From NCBI GenBank assembly GCA_951406725.2, contig OX597839.1:32116001-32180000 (forward strand): DNA of 64,000 nucleotides, in the 5' to 3' direction. Positions within the stretch are counted from its first letter, which is position 1. Each line of letters begins with the position of its first letter. The position numbers and the translations under genes were made by a program. Below are positions 27,096 to 40,609 of the stretch, piece by piece. The stretch comes from Octopus vulgaris (lineage: Eukaryota). The notes below the pieces were generated by a model. The model worked only from the letters and a program-made list of their open reading frames with translations. It was not told where the DNA came from and searched no databases.

Positions 27096-30000
27096 TTAGC
27101 GTCCGCTTTCCATGCTAGCATGGGTTGGACGGTTCAACTGGGGTCTGTGAAGCCGGAAGGCTGCATCAGGCCCAGTCTGATCTGGCAATGTTTCTACGGC
27201 TGGATGCCCTTCCTAACGCCAACCACTCCGTGAGTGTAGTGGGTGCTTTTTACGTGCCACCCGCACAGGTGCCAGGCGGAGCTGGCAAACGGCCATGAAC
27301 AGATGGTGCTTTTACGTGCCACCGGCACGGGGGCCAGGCGAGGCTGTTAATAATAATGGAGGGAGAGTGAAAACATTGTCAGTTATATTGTCAAGTAGTT
27401 CTGTCGTTTTGCATTTTATAAATCAGCAGCTCAACCAACTAAAATAACTTCGGTCAGTACTTGGACAAAATTCAGACATAACAAAAGTACTCTTTCAGTA
27501 GGGACAGACGAATGGGACACCACTGCTATTTACATTGGTAGATTGGAATGAAGTTGAAGAAGTGAGGCTTGTGATATAACCCTTTCTATTATAGGCACAA
27601 GGCCTGAAATTTGGGCGGGAGGGGACCAGTCGATTAGATCGATCCCAGTGCACAGCTGGTACTTAATTTATTGACTCCGAAAGGATGAAAGGCAAAGTCA
27701 ACTTTGGTGGAATTTGAACTCTGAACGTAAAGACAGACGAAATACCACAAAGCATTTCGCCCAGCGTGCTAACGTTTCTGCCAGATCACTGCTTTCAGGC
27801 TTCTGATATAATAACATGTTGTGTGTTGGTCCTCCCTCCCTGTCACTACCACCACTGCACTCATATAAGATGAAGGAGGGCTTGATTCAACGTGTTGGAC
27901 ATCAATATTGTCAGCAAGGTTTAAAAGGTGTAACAGGCTGAAACAAACCCCATAAATGAGTCGAGTTACCATTGTTTACCTCGCTGCTTCTGGATAATGT
28001 CCTTTAAGGGTCAAAGATCTTTTGCTTGTTTCAGTCATTAGACCGTGGCCCTGCTGGGGTACTCTCTTGAAAGGTTTGGTCAAACAAATTGACCCCGGTT
28101 CTTAAGTTAATTACTTATTCTATCAGGCTTTTTTGCCAAACTGTTATGGAGGCCTAAGCAAATCAACACTATTTATCAAGTAATGGGGTGACAAACTCAA
28201 CACATACTCAAAGATACATGCATACATATATATTACTCATACACATACAACAGGCTTCACACAGTTTCCATCTACTGAATCACTCACAAGGCATTGATCA
28301 GTCAGCCTTATGAAAGAAAACCCTTGCCCAAGGTACCCTGCTGTGGGGCTGAACTCAAAAGCCTTGTGTTAAAGTGAGCTTTGCTGACCTTCACTTGCTG
28401 TTGACAAACCAAAGCAGGAATTGTTGTTGTCAAGAAATTCTTTTGTAAATGAAAATTTGAGTTTCTTGGACAGTCATTGTTGTCTAGGAACTTATTCTGT
28501 GTCTTCTGGCCTGATTCTGACATCAACATCTTGTCCATCTGAAGAATATGTTGAAAATTCCTTGCCTTGACTCCTTCAAAATCATATTCCAGCTCCATAT
28601 CATTAAGAGGGGTTTTTTTTTCCCCGAAACCATTGGCTAGAAAGCACTGGCACAAAGTCACCCCCTCCCAACTGAGGGGCTTTTGTCTTGCAAATTACTT
28701 GGTGATCCCATCAGTGATGGTGCCACTCTGTAAAGTGGTTGGCATTAAGAAGGGCATCCCACGGCAATGGAGCCTGGTGTGGCTCAGCCTTGCTGGCTCC
28801 TGTCAAACTGTTCAGCTCATGCCAGCATGGAAACTGGATGTTAAATGACGATGATGGCTAGAGTGGTAGTCTACTCTGGCCTTTCAAAGTCCATCCATGT
28901 AGTGACCTCCCCATCACCACCACTTTTTAACATTCATAGTTCTCTGTCGAATTGTAATATTTATTCACATTGTTTTTAATAAATCATGCATTATCTTATA
29001 AATTCAAGATTTTGATGATTTTATTTTTAGAATGGCATTGTAGCGTTGGTGTGAGATGCCAGATCTAGCCATTTTGAACATAAAACAATGTAAAATATTT
29101 GGGTCAGATATGGCCAGTTTAAATGCAAAAGGGTTAAGTGCTGCACATCATGTATTTGTACAGCAGCACTAACGTTGACACAAGTATTCCTTAATTTACG
29201 TCCAGGTGTCAAGACAAAAACACCCATGTAAATGCATGTGTATATGATAGACCCCTTTTTCAGTTTCCCTCTACCAAATTCATTCACAAGGCTCTGGTCA
29301 GCCAATGGCTACAGTAGAAAACACTCAACAAAGGTACTGTGCAGTGGAACTGAACCCGTGACCAAGTGATTGCGAAACAAACTTCTTGACCCCACAACCA
29401 TGCCTGTCTATGTTGAAAATAATAATAATGATAATAATAACATAAAAAGGCACATAAAAAGCACCATCCGAACGTGGCCGATGCCAGCGCTGCCTCGACT
29501 GGCTCCAGTGCCGGTGGCACATAAAAAGCACCATCCGAACGTGGCCGTTGCCAGCGCCGCCTTGGCTGGCTCCCGTGCCAGTGGCACATTAAAAGCTCCA
29601 ACTGATCGTGGCCGATGCCGGACCCCCCCCCCCCCCCGGCACCTGTGCAGGTGACACATAAAAAGCATCCAGCCGTAGAAACACTGCCAGATCAGACTGG
29701 AGCCTGGTGTGGTCCCTGGCTTCCCAGACCCCGGTCGAACCGTCCAACCCGTGCTAGCGCGGAAAACGGACGTTAAACGATGATGATGAATAATCTTAAT
29801 ACTAATGGTTTCAATTTTTGGTACAAGGTCAGCAATTTCAGTGTTCAGTACTTAATTCATCAACTCCGAAAGGATAAGTCAACCCCAGTGGCCTTTGAAC
29901 TCATTTGGAAGAGATGCCACTTAGCATTTTTCCCAGTATGGTAATGATTCTGCTAGCTCAGTCTTGATGATAATTATGAAATAATTACTAATGTTTTAAA

Positions 30001-33000
30001 CATTATAAGCACCAAGCTGTTGTCGATAAGAGCAGCAGGCGTAATACTGTATTTTTTAATATATATTTTGTTTTTAGAAAGACACATCAAGATGAGGTGG
30101 AAAAACATACGTACCACTTACGCCCGGGAGTGTCGGAAATCAGAAAGTCGTGCTGAAGATGGTAGTGACTATGTATCAAAATGGGCTTTCATTGATCGTT
30201 TGGGTTTTATCAAAGACTTCATTAAGTCACGTGCTCCTTACAACTGTTCCAATAACTTCAGGCTGTCTACTCTTACTGCTGTGTCTTCAGACCAAACAGA
30301 TGTTTACCAGGTAAGTGAAGAATTCACTGGAATAATTTACTTTGGGATCAGCTAACTACGTCCCTTTTTTTTGAATTTCAAATATAGGGGAAAGATTCGG
30401 GTGCAGGTGTGGCTGTGTGACAAGAAGTTTGCTTCCTAACCACATGGTTCTGGGTTCAGTCACACTGCGTGGTACCTTGAGCAAGTGTCTTGTACTATAG
30501 CCTCAGGGCAACCAAAGCCTTGCGAGTTGATTTGGTAGACAGAAACTGAAAGAAGCCTGTCGTATATCTGTGTTTGTCCCCTTAACTTAGTGGTTCACCA
30601 AAAGAGACGGATAGAACAAGTACTAGGCTTAAAAGAAATGAGAGTACTGGTATTGATTCAGTCGACTAAAAGCTCCAGCATGGCCACAGTCTAATGACCA
30701 AAACAAGTAAATGATAAAAGTGAATTACAGCTCAATGAGTTAAGTCGAACAGGGTATTCGACCTCTAGCTAAAGAACTAATGGGGTATGATGTTGTGTCA
30801 ATTATTCTGCATCCTGTCCTTGGTCAAGACATTCGACTTGAGAATGGCTACTTCTGTTTAACTGTAAATAAGCTCCCTGGAGTTCACTGACGTAACTAAG
30901 ATGAATTTGGTTTCTCCTTATATGTTTATATATATATATGTGGAGGCGCAATGGCCCAGTGGTTAGGGCAGCGGACTTGTGGCCGTAGGATCGCGGTTTC
31001 GATTCCCAGACCGGGTGTTGTGTGTGTTTATTGAGCGAAAACACCTAAAAGCTCCACAAGGCTCCGGCAGGGGGGGGCACCCCTGCTGTACTCTTTCACC
31101 ACTCTTTCTTCTGTTGGCCTGCTCGCTTAGCCAGCGGGGTGGCGTCATTCGAAGGCTAAAACAATGCGAACGCATTGTGACCAGCAATGTGTAACTACAT
31201 CTGATGGACTAGTTGGTCACGTGATATATATATATATTATTTTTTTTTAACTGGGACAGAAAGATCAAAATAATAAATACAAAAAAAAAGGAAAAGTAAG
31301 AAATAATATTTTCCACTTAGACTTTTGAATTAACTAAACTATAGTGACAAGTGACCAAGACCCTTGGCAATATACCATGCATGTGTAGACTGGTCAAGCC
31401 AAGTGAGATCATAGTCATGGCTGATGCCGGTGTTTTGTAACTGGCCCCTGTGCCAGTGGCACGTAAAATGCACCAGTCCGATCGTGGCCGTTGCCAGCCT
31501 CACCTGGCACCTGTGCCAGTGTCACGTAAAAAGCACCCACTATGCTCTGGGAGTGGTTGGTGTTGGGAAGGGCATCCAGCTGTAGAAACCTTGCCAAATC
31601 AAATTGAAACCTGTTGCAGCTTCTTAGGCCCTAACTTAGATTTGCTACCTGGAGCTAGTTTTCATGTGCAAAAGGTTATGAACTTCAATTTAGTGTTATT
31701 TTAACAAAATGTTTGTATAGGCGCAGGAGTGGCTGTGTGGTAAGTAGCATGCTTACCAACCACATGGTTCCGGGTTCGGTCCCGCTGCGTGGCACCTTGG
31801 GCAAGTGTCTTCTACTATAGCCCCGGGTCGACCAAAGCCTTGTGAGTGGATTTGGTAGATGGAAACTGAAAGAAGCCCGTCGTATATATGTATATATATA
31901 TATGTTTGTGTGTCTGTGTTTGTCCCCCTAGCATTGCTTGACAACTGATGCTGGTGTGTTTATGTCCCTGTCACTTAGCGGTTCAGCAAAAGAGACCGAT
32001 AGAATAAGTACTGGGCTTACAAAAAAGAATAAGTCCCGGGGTCGAGTTGCTTGACTAAAGGTGGTGCTCCAGCATGGCCGCAGTCAAATGACTGAAACAA
32101 GTAAAAGAGTATATATTGGCTTCCTGATCTTTGACTGATATAAAATATTTTCTCAGACTCTTTCAGATGATGACATCGAAGAAGAGGACGACGACGATTT
32201 GGTTGTCTGTTTAACGGAACCATTTAAAGATGACAACACGACTCAGAAATCAAATCACCAGGACATGTGGGACTCGGATGATAAGAAAAGCATCTGGATA
32301 TCAGAAGGGGTGAGCTTGGCGAACAATGCGAGTGATTTGAAAAATATAGACGGGAGCAAAAACAATTTAACTGAGTCCTGGATTGTTCAGGAAAGGGTCA
32401 GTCCCCATCGAGACTGGCGGGTTGAAGAAAGAAATAGTGGGAGTCCTTCAGAAATGTGGAGAAAAGGCAATCGAGAAAGTCATCCGTCAGATGTCGCCAC
32501 AGACAACCTTCATAATAACAACTGTACTGATTCCTCTGGTGACATTCAAGTTGGAAATATCACTTACATGCACAACATTAAAAATCCTCAGTCAGAAAAA
32601 AATAGTCATGGAATTGAAGACTACCAGCAGACGGATACCGTTTCTCTTGCAGAAACATTGTCTTTGAACAATAAAGTGTCTTGGAGTAAAGACAAGGAAA
32701 GTGAACTTATTGCATTTTTTGAAGGTATGTTTTTTTTGTTTTTTTTTTGTCTTTCATTTTTCATACTTGGTTTTACATCTGTTTTTTCAATGGTAGCATG
32801 AGTTAGATGAGTGTATTACCTAAGTATTATTTTACAGGCCCGCATGGGCATTAAATGATGGTACCCTTCTTGTCATTAACCCTTAGCTGTTTTTCAAGTA
32901 AGGGATCTGTTATTCTACACATGTTGAAAGGAGCAAATACCGGTGGAGACTTTGTTGACAGAAGAAATGACAACATCCCTTCTTTGTAGCTCAGAGATTT

Positions 33001-36000
33001 TCAAAAAAGCACAAACACATGCGAGTAAGTGTGTGACTGGCTTCTTCAACCAAATCCACTCCCAAGGGCTTTGGTTGTCCTGGGGCCACAGTAGAAGACA
33101 CATGCCCAAGGTGCTGCACAATAGGACTGAACTTAAAACCATGTGCTTGGGAAGTGAACTTCTTCACCAGACAACCATCATTCATTTCCCGTCAGTCACA
33201 TCTTTACATAATTTTATTTTCACAAGGTGACAGAGTATTAGAGAGGGATGGTTGAACCAAATATTTTATAAGAGGGTTTAGTGTGTAAGACAGGGAGCAT
33301 GGCAGGAGTAGACTAGAGACTCCCTTTGTTTTGTGTTGACCCAAGAACATAGTATTGATAAGAAACCTCAATAATGGTGAAATATTGATATCTACCATTC
33401 TCGGTAATTCCGAGGCAAGTTGTCTCACCTGGTCTCTGACATTCAGATAGTCTTTAACACTTGGAATCATTTGGGGAGCTTTTTCCCAGATGCTGTCTCA
33501 CACCAATTTTGGCATCTAAACAAAACATATACACTGTGTGTGCAACCAATAATATTTACCTTACTAGGGCTCTTTTACTCTTTTACTTGTTTCAGTCATT
33601 TGACTGCGGCCATGCTGGAGCACCGCCTTCAGTCGAGCAAATCGATCCCAGGACTTTTTCTTTGTAAGCCCAGTACTTATTCTATCGGTCTCTTTTGCCG
33701 AACCGCTAAGTGACGGAGACGCAAACACACCAGCATCGGTTGTCAAGCAATGCTAGGGGGACAAACACAGACATACAAACACACATACATATATATACAA
33801 CAGGCTTCTTTCAGTTTCCGTCTACCAAATCCACTCACAAGGCACTGGTCGGCCCAGGGCTATAGCAGAAGACACTTGCCCAAGATGCCACGCAGTGGGA
33901 CTGAACCCGGAACCATGTGGTTGGTTAGCAAGCTACTTACCACACAGCCATTCCTGTGCCTAATTGTAATTCATAATTTAATGTGTGTGTGTGTGTGTGT
34001 GTTCCCTTGCTTTGACATCACATAATAGTTGTAAGGAAATGTCTCCATCATGTAATGCAGTGTCCTTCATTTTGCAATTTCCCATGGAAAACATGTCTGA
34101 TCATGGAGAAATATTACTTTACTTGGTTAGCAACAGGAAGGGCGTCAGACAATAGAAAACTTCACCTACAAATGCCATCAACCATGGAAGAGTGGACTTT
34201 AAAACAACGATGATGATGTCTCAGGTTTTACCTTTAATATATCATTCAAAATACACCTGGTCCCTTCTCCATGTTATTCTGCTGACTCTGCTTCAGGGAG
34301 AGCATTGTGTCCCCTGTCTATTTTAGTCTTTTAATTCACTTTTTGTCTTAAAGCTTCATATTAAAGAAAGTTTTCTCGGTTTTTACAGTTGGGTATCTTA
34401 ACTACTTCATCATTGTCTCTTATTTTCTTTTTTTTTTTTGCTGCTTTCTCAGGTCACCGGTTCCTATGGGACCATTCTCATCCGGATTATTTCAACCGAG
34501 ATCTACGAGACTGTATGATACGAGAGTTAAGTTCTAAATTGGGTCATGATCGAAACGGACAACCTTACACAGGTATTTAGTGTTTTAAATGTCATACTAC
34601 AAGACGTAGCCCCATATTTGTCTAGAAATGGATTGAGCACTACCCTGATCATTCACATTTCTTCCCCCCCCCCCCATAATCACACTCTTTCCTCCTTCAT
34701 GCTCTCTCCTTCTGTCCCCTTCTCAGCCGGATTCTTCTGCAGTTGCCCTCTCTCCTAGGCATTCTATTGATTCTGTTGCCTTGAACAAACAGAGACAATG
34801 GTTAGCAGTGAGGACCCCTTTTTGTCTTGTAGGCTGTAAGGCAGTTGGCAAATGAGCATCGACCCCCATAGGGTTGAAAGGACCTTTTTGGTTCTGTTGT
34901 TTTAAAACCTTATCAACTTCTCCATTGCTGGTGCCAAGAGAAAATGTACTTAGAGCATTATGTAAAGAATTGGTTTGTGTTTGGAAAGGCATTCAGCTGT
35001 AGGGACCATGTCAAAATAAAATGTAAGATGAGAGGGAGTCTTCCAACCATAAAAACCCATTAGAATCTGGATCAAACTGAGTCTGGATGTTGCACCATGA
35101 CAACACACCTGCTCACACGTATCACACCTTGTCCTTGGTTCTTTTGGTAAAGCACAAGACCACACACTAAGTCAGTCCTCCCGACTCCCATCCAGCCCTC
35201 TGGATTTCAGCCCTGCAAATACTTTTTTTTTATCAAAGTTGAAACCTACCCTTGCAATGGAAACTATGCAGTAACTTGAAAATGCATTTTAAGATGCTTT
35301 CTAAAAGTTATAAAAAATAATGGGAAAAGAATGTCAAGATGTTGAGAGTGGTGTCTTAACAGTGGAGGCAAGTATTTCCAAGGAGATGTCTACGACTAAC
35401 TCTTTAGTATTTAAACCAAGCATTTCTGACCAAAATATTCTACTTGTTTTATATTCCAACTGACAGATCCTGCCCCTCACACCTACCCGACACTATCATT
35501 CTTGAAATAAACAGTCACATCAAAATCTCAGAGCTACAGCAGGATTAATTGAAAACAATGGGAATAAATAAGGATTACATTTGATGAATAACATGAATGG
35601 TAAAGGGTCAAAGTGTTGTGTGAGGGGAACAATAGCTTTTTGATGATGAGTCCCTTTTTAGACTTACCTCCTGCGTGTCGTAATATTATCATCATCATTT
35701 AACATCGGTTTTCCATGCTGGTATGGATTGGATGGTTTGACAGGAGCTGGCAAACCAGAAAGCTGCACCGGGCCCCAATTGCCTGTTTTGACACAGTTTC
35801 AATGACTGGATGTCCTTATTAACACCAACAATTTTTACAGTCTGCTGGGTGCCTTTTACGTGCCACCAGTACAGGTGCTTTTTACATGGTACTAGCACAG
35901 GTGCCTTTTACGTGCCACCAGCACAGGTGCCTTTCGTATGACACCAGCACAGGTGCCTTTTATGTGTCACCAGCACAGGTGCCTTTTACGTGCCACCAGC

Positions 36001-39000
36001 ACAGGTGCCTTTTACGTGCCACCAGCACAGGTGCCTTTTACGTGCCACCAGCTTGGGTATCTTTTACGTGCCACCAGCTTGGGTGCCTTTTATGTGCCAC
36101 CAGCACAGGTGCCTTTTACGTGTCACCAGCACAGGTGCCTTTTACGTGCCACCAGCACAGGTGCCTTTTACGTGCCACCAGCACAGGTGCCTTTAGTATG
36201 ACACCAGCACAGGTGCCTTTTACGTGCCACCAGCACAGGTGCCTTTTACGTGCCACCAGCTTGGGTGCCTTTTATGTGCCACCAGCACAGGTGCCTTTCA
36301 TATGACACCAGCTTAGGTGCCTTTTATGTGCCACCAGCACAGGTGCCTTTTACGTGCCACCAGCACAGGTGCCTTTTACGTGCCACCAGCACAGGTGCCT
36401 TTTACGTGCCACCAGCACAGGTGCCTTTTACGTGCCACCAGCACAGGTGCCTTTTACGTGCCACCAGCACAGGTGCCTTTTACGTGCCACCAGCACAGGT
36501 GCCTTTCGTATGACACCAGCACAGGTGCCTTTTACGTGCCACCAGCACAGGTGCCTTTTACGTGCCACCAGCACAGGTGCCTTTTACGTGCCACCAGCTT
36601 GGGTGCCTTTTATGTGCCACCAGCACAGGTGCCTTTCATATGACACCAGCTTAGGTGCCTTTTATGTGCCACCAGCACAGGTGCCTTTTACGTGCCACCA
36701 GCACAGGTGCCTTTTACGTGCCACCAGCACAGGTGCCTTTTACGTGCCACCAGCACAGGTGCCTTTCGTATGACACCAGCACAGGTGCCTTTTACGTGCC
36801 ACCAGCACAGGTGCCTTTTACGTGCCACCAGCTTGGGTGCCTTTTATGTGCCACCAGCACAGGTGCCTTTCATATGACACCAGCTTAGGTGCCTTTTATG
36901 TGCCACCAGCACAGGTGCCTTTTACGTGCCACCAGCACAGGTGCCTTTCATATGACACCAGCACAGGTGCCTTTTATGTGTCACTAGCACAGGTGCTTTT
37001 TGTTTTTGTATGTGTGTTGCATACGTTATATGTATATTTGCATTACTTGTGCACGTGAGTTATGTGTGTCCTTTGTGTATTTTCATGGCAGATGGTTTCA
37101 TACGGCAAAGATGGAAGAACCTACGGACCACTTTTGCTCGAGAGTTGAAGAAGATTGAACACCACAGCAAACACAACCAGGAAACTCCTTACATTTCGCG
37201 GTGGGCACATACGGAACGACTGTCTTTCCTGAAAGATTGTTTAAAAGCACGGGGTCATTTAAAAGTAGTTTCTCGTCTACAGAATAACATAGATGTGTGT
37301 CCTGTGAGTTGGATAATGTTTCTGTTCGGTTTTTAACTCTTACTGCATCATCATCATCATCATCATCACCTTTAGCCTCACTTCAGTTTTTGTATACTCT
37401 TTTACTTGTTTCAGTCATTTGACTGCGGCCATGCTGGAGCATCACCTTTAGTCGAGCAACTCGACCCCGGGAATTATTCTTTGTAAGCCCAGTACTTATT
37501 CTATCGGTCTCTTTTGCCGAACCGCTAAGTGACGGGGACATAAACACACCAGCATTGGTTGTCAAGCAATGCTAGGGGGACAAACACAGACACACAAACA
37601 CATGCGCACATATATGTATATACATATATACGACGGGCTTCTTTCAGTTTCCGTCTACCAAATCCACTCACAAGGCTTTGGTCGGCCTGAGGCTATAGTA
37701 GAAGACACTTGCCCAAGGTGCCACGCAGTGGGACTGAACCCAGAACCATGCGGTTGGTAAGCAAGCTACTTACCACACAGCCACTCCTGCGCCTGCAGGA
37801 GTATGCTGTCAAGTGTCAAAAAAGTTGGCTCATTTTACATTTAATCTTTCTTGGTGGTTATCTTCATCATCGTCATCATCATCATCTGTCTATTTCATTG
37901 CTTGCTTGTGTTGTTGAAGGATGATGTCTTGCCACCTGTTTCCATCACTTGTTGTCTCCTTTGTGAGATTCAGCTCCCTGAAATCGATTCTTAATTCTTT
38001 ATTACCCACAAGGGGCTAAACATAGAGGGGACAAACAAGGACAGACAAAGGGATTAAGTTGATTACATCAACCCCAGTGCGTAATTGGTACTTCTGCCAG
38101 CGGCGAGCTGGCAGAAGCGTCAGCACACCGGGCGAAATGCTTTGCGGTATTTCGTCTGCCGTTACATTGTGAGTTCAAATTCCGCCGAGGTCGACTTTGC
38201 CTTTCATCCTTTCGGGGTTGATAAATCAAGCACCAGTTACGCACTGGGGTCGATGTAATCAACTTAATACCTATGTCTGTCCTTGTTTGTCCCCTCTATG
38301 TTTAGCCCCTTGTGGGTAAAAAAGAAATAGGTACTTAATTTATCGACCCCGAAAGGATGAAAGGCAAAGTCAACCTCAGCGGAATTTGAACTCAGAACGT
38401 AACAGCAGACGAAATACTGCTAAGCACTTCGCCCGGCATGCTTACCGTTTCTGCCAGCTCATCGCCTTCCCTGAAATCGATTCTGTGGGCTCCTTCCACT
38501 TGCTGAAATATTTAAGAGTGGTGAAAATAGCTTGTGTAGTTAAGGAGTTAGATGAGGTCCTTTATAGTGCCTCGTCTTGACCTGTTTTAAAAGCTACCAA
38601 ATTTTAGCTGCTCAAAATGGTGAGAAACATTCCAGTGTTGGGTCCTGTGATTAAAGGCATTTAAGTATAATTCTTTGTTTTGTTTTTTCTTTCTCTCTAT
38701 TTAGAAGTCCCTGGGACTGCATTATTAAGTGTGACTTCAAGCCAGTAGGACACCAGCTTCCCGAACTGTGTGTCACTGTCACCAAATTGACTTTGGTCTG
38801 ACTGGTTCCATGTCACATATTTTATTTGTGATAAAATTTGGGTCATGAAAAAAAATTTTTTATTTGAAAACAAGAGTGGAAAGTTTGGAAGTTGTGTGGA
38901 AGAGTGTGATTTGAAGGAGATTTAACTGCTATTTCTAACAGGTTGAACATCTTTACGTGAATACTTTGTTTTAAAGGCATGAGTGTTACACAATTTCATT

Positions 39001-39967
39001 TTTCCTTCACATTTATATTTTGCTTTTCTTTTTTTTGTACCTTAAGAAATTAATATCTCTGAATCTTTTTTTTTTTATTTTCCTTTTTCCGTATTTATTT
39101 CCAGACTTATTCCTTATCTGATGATTCCGATGTCGGCAACGACTCCATAGCTTGGCCGTCGGAACAGTTTGTCGAAGATGAATCGCCTAATTTTGAACAA
39201 CTCTCAAGAACAAAGCGGCTGGACACCAACCTAGTGATAAACTCCCTCGATTTATTGTCAGACAACAACAACATCGGGGGTGGAGGAGGAGGTGGTGGTG
39301 GTGGCAACGGCGGCGGCGGTGGTGGTGGTGGTGGTGGTGGTGGCGGCAGTGGAGGTAACATTAGTATCAATGGCACTGTACAGAATTTCTCGGCATCAAC
39401 GACGCTAAAGCGATGTCGGTCGGATGATATGGACTTGAAAGACGACTTCCTCAAGGAAGCCTGGAGGATTTTCAACCTGAAAGAACGCCATGACCCCGAG
39501 GACTTGTTCGGTATGCATGTAGCAGGGACATTACGGCGAATGCAACCACTGCAGAGAGAGAAAGCCAAACTAGACATTCAGGGCATTTTGTTACAACACT
39601 GCTTCTCAAAAGCTGATCAATAAATTCCACATATATTTCAATATAAGTGCACTGCCTTAATCAATATTGATGTTTGCTGGTTGAATGTTCATGGGATCTT
39701 TTCTCTTTTTGCATCTATATATTGTTTTGTTTGTTTTTCCCAAAATGTTTTTTGTTTTTTTTTATTATAGGTCTGCTAAATCATCACTGACCAGGATCTA
39801 GACAGCACATGGAAATACATGGTGGACCATTCCATTTCAGAGTTTAGGGTCCAGAACTGAAACACAACATTGGAACCAATGATTCAGTCATCCATACTGG
39901 ACTTAACTCTCAACATCTTCTACAACACCACATTTATCAACCAGTCCCCTGTGTGTGTGTGTGTATG

Positions 39968-40003
<36 letters not shown>

Positions 40004-40548
40004 TGTTAGATAATTAAGTGGCTTGTGGGTTGGCAGTTTAATGCAAGGCATTTATCAAAGTTTCTTTAAAATAATTGCTAATTTTGATAAGAGTATTCCC
40101 TGAAACTCTTTACCTTTAAGTCACTTTTGTAATTTTTCTGATATATATATATATATATATATACCATCCAAACGTGGCTGATGCCAGCGCCGCCTTGACT
40201 GACTTCCATGCTGGTGGCATCTAAAAAGTACCAATCGATCATGGCCATTGCCAGCCATTTCTGGCCCTTGTGCCAGTGGCACGTAAAAAATACCCACTAC
40301 ACTCATGAAGTGGTTGGCGTTAGGAAGGGCATCCATAAAGTCTCTTACAGCTGATTCTAGAATATCTGTGCATATGGTGCATGGGTCATTGAGTAAAGAT
40401 TTCCATTAAAAAAAACCCCCAACTGTTCCATCTTCAGAGAGGAAGAATTAAGGAATATCCTAGCAGTTTCCTGTTTAATTGTCAAAGAGAGAAAGTGCAC
40501 TTAGCACCCGTTCTTATTGCCTTATGGTATTATACAGTTTTTGTCAGT

Positions 40549-40609
<61 letters not shown>

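Noticed and set aside
32167-32200. Alternative acceptor tttcag|ATG 10 nt inside exon D
   Set aside because: Out of frame with exon C. The 32157 acceptor gives the open frame and the paralogous TLSDD start.
35849-37000. CRISPR-like array
   Set aside because: Units are head to tail with no unique spacers, the context is eukaryotic and there are no cas genes. It is a minisatellite.
35886-37058. Many overlapping ORFs ([12 protein letters not shown]...)
   Set aside because: Translations of the 26-bp repeat.
39107-39577. Minus-strand poly-proline ORF (formin-like)
   Set aside because: Antisense shadow of the poly-Gly exon; no independent splice or homology support.
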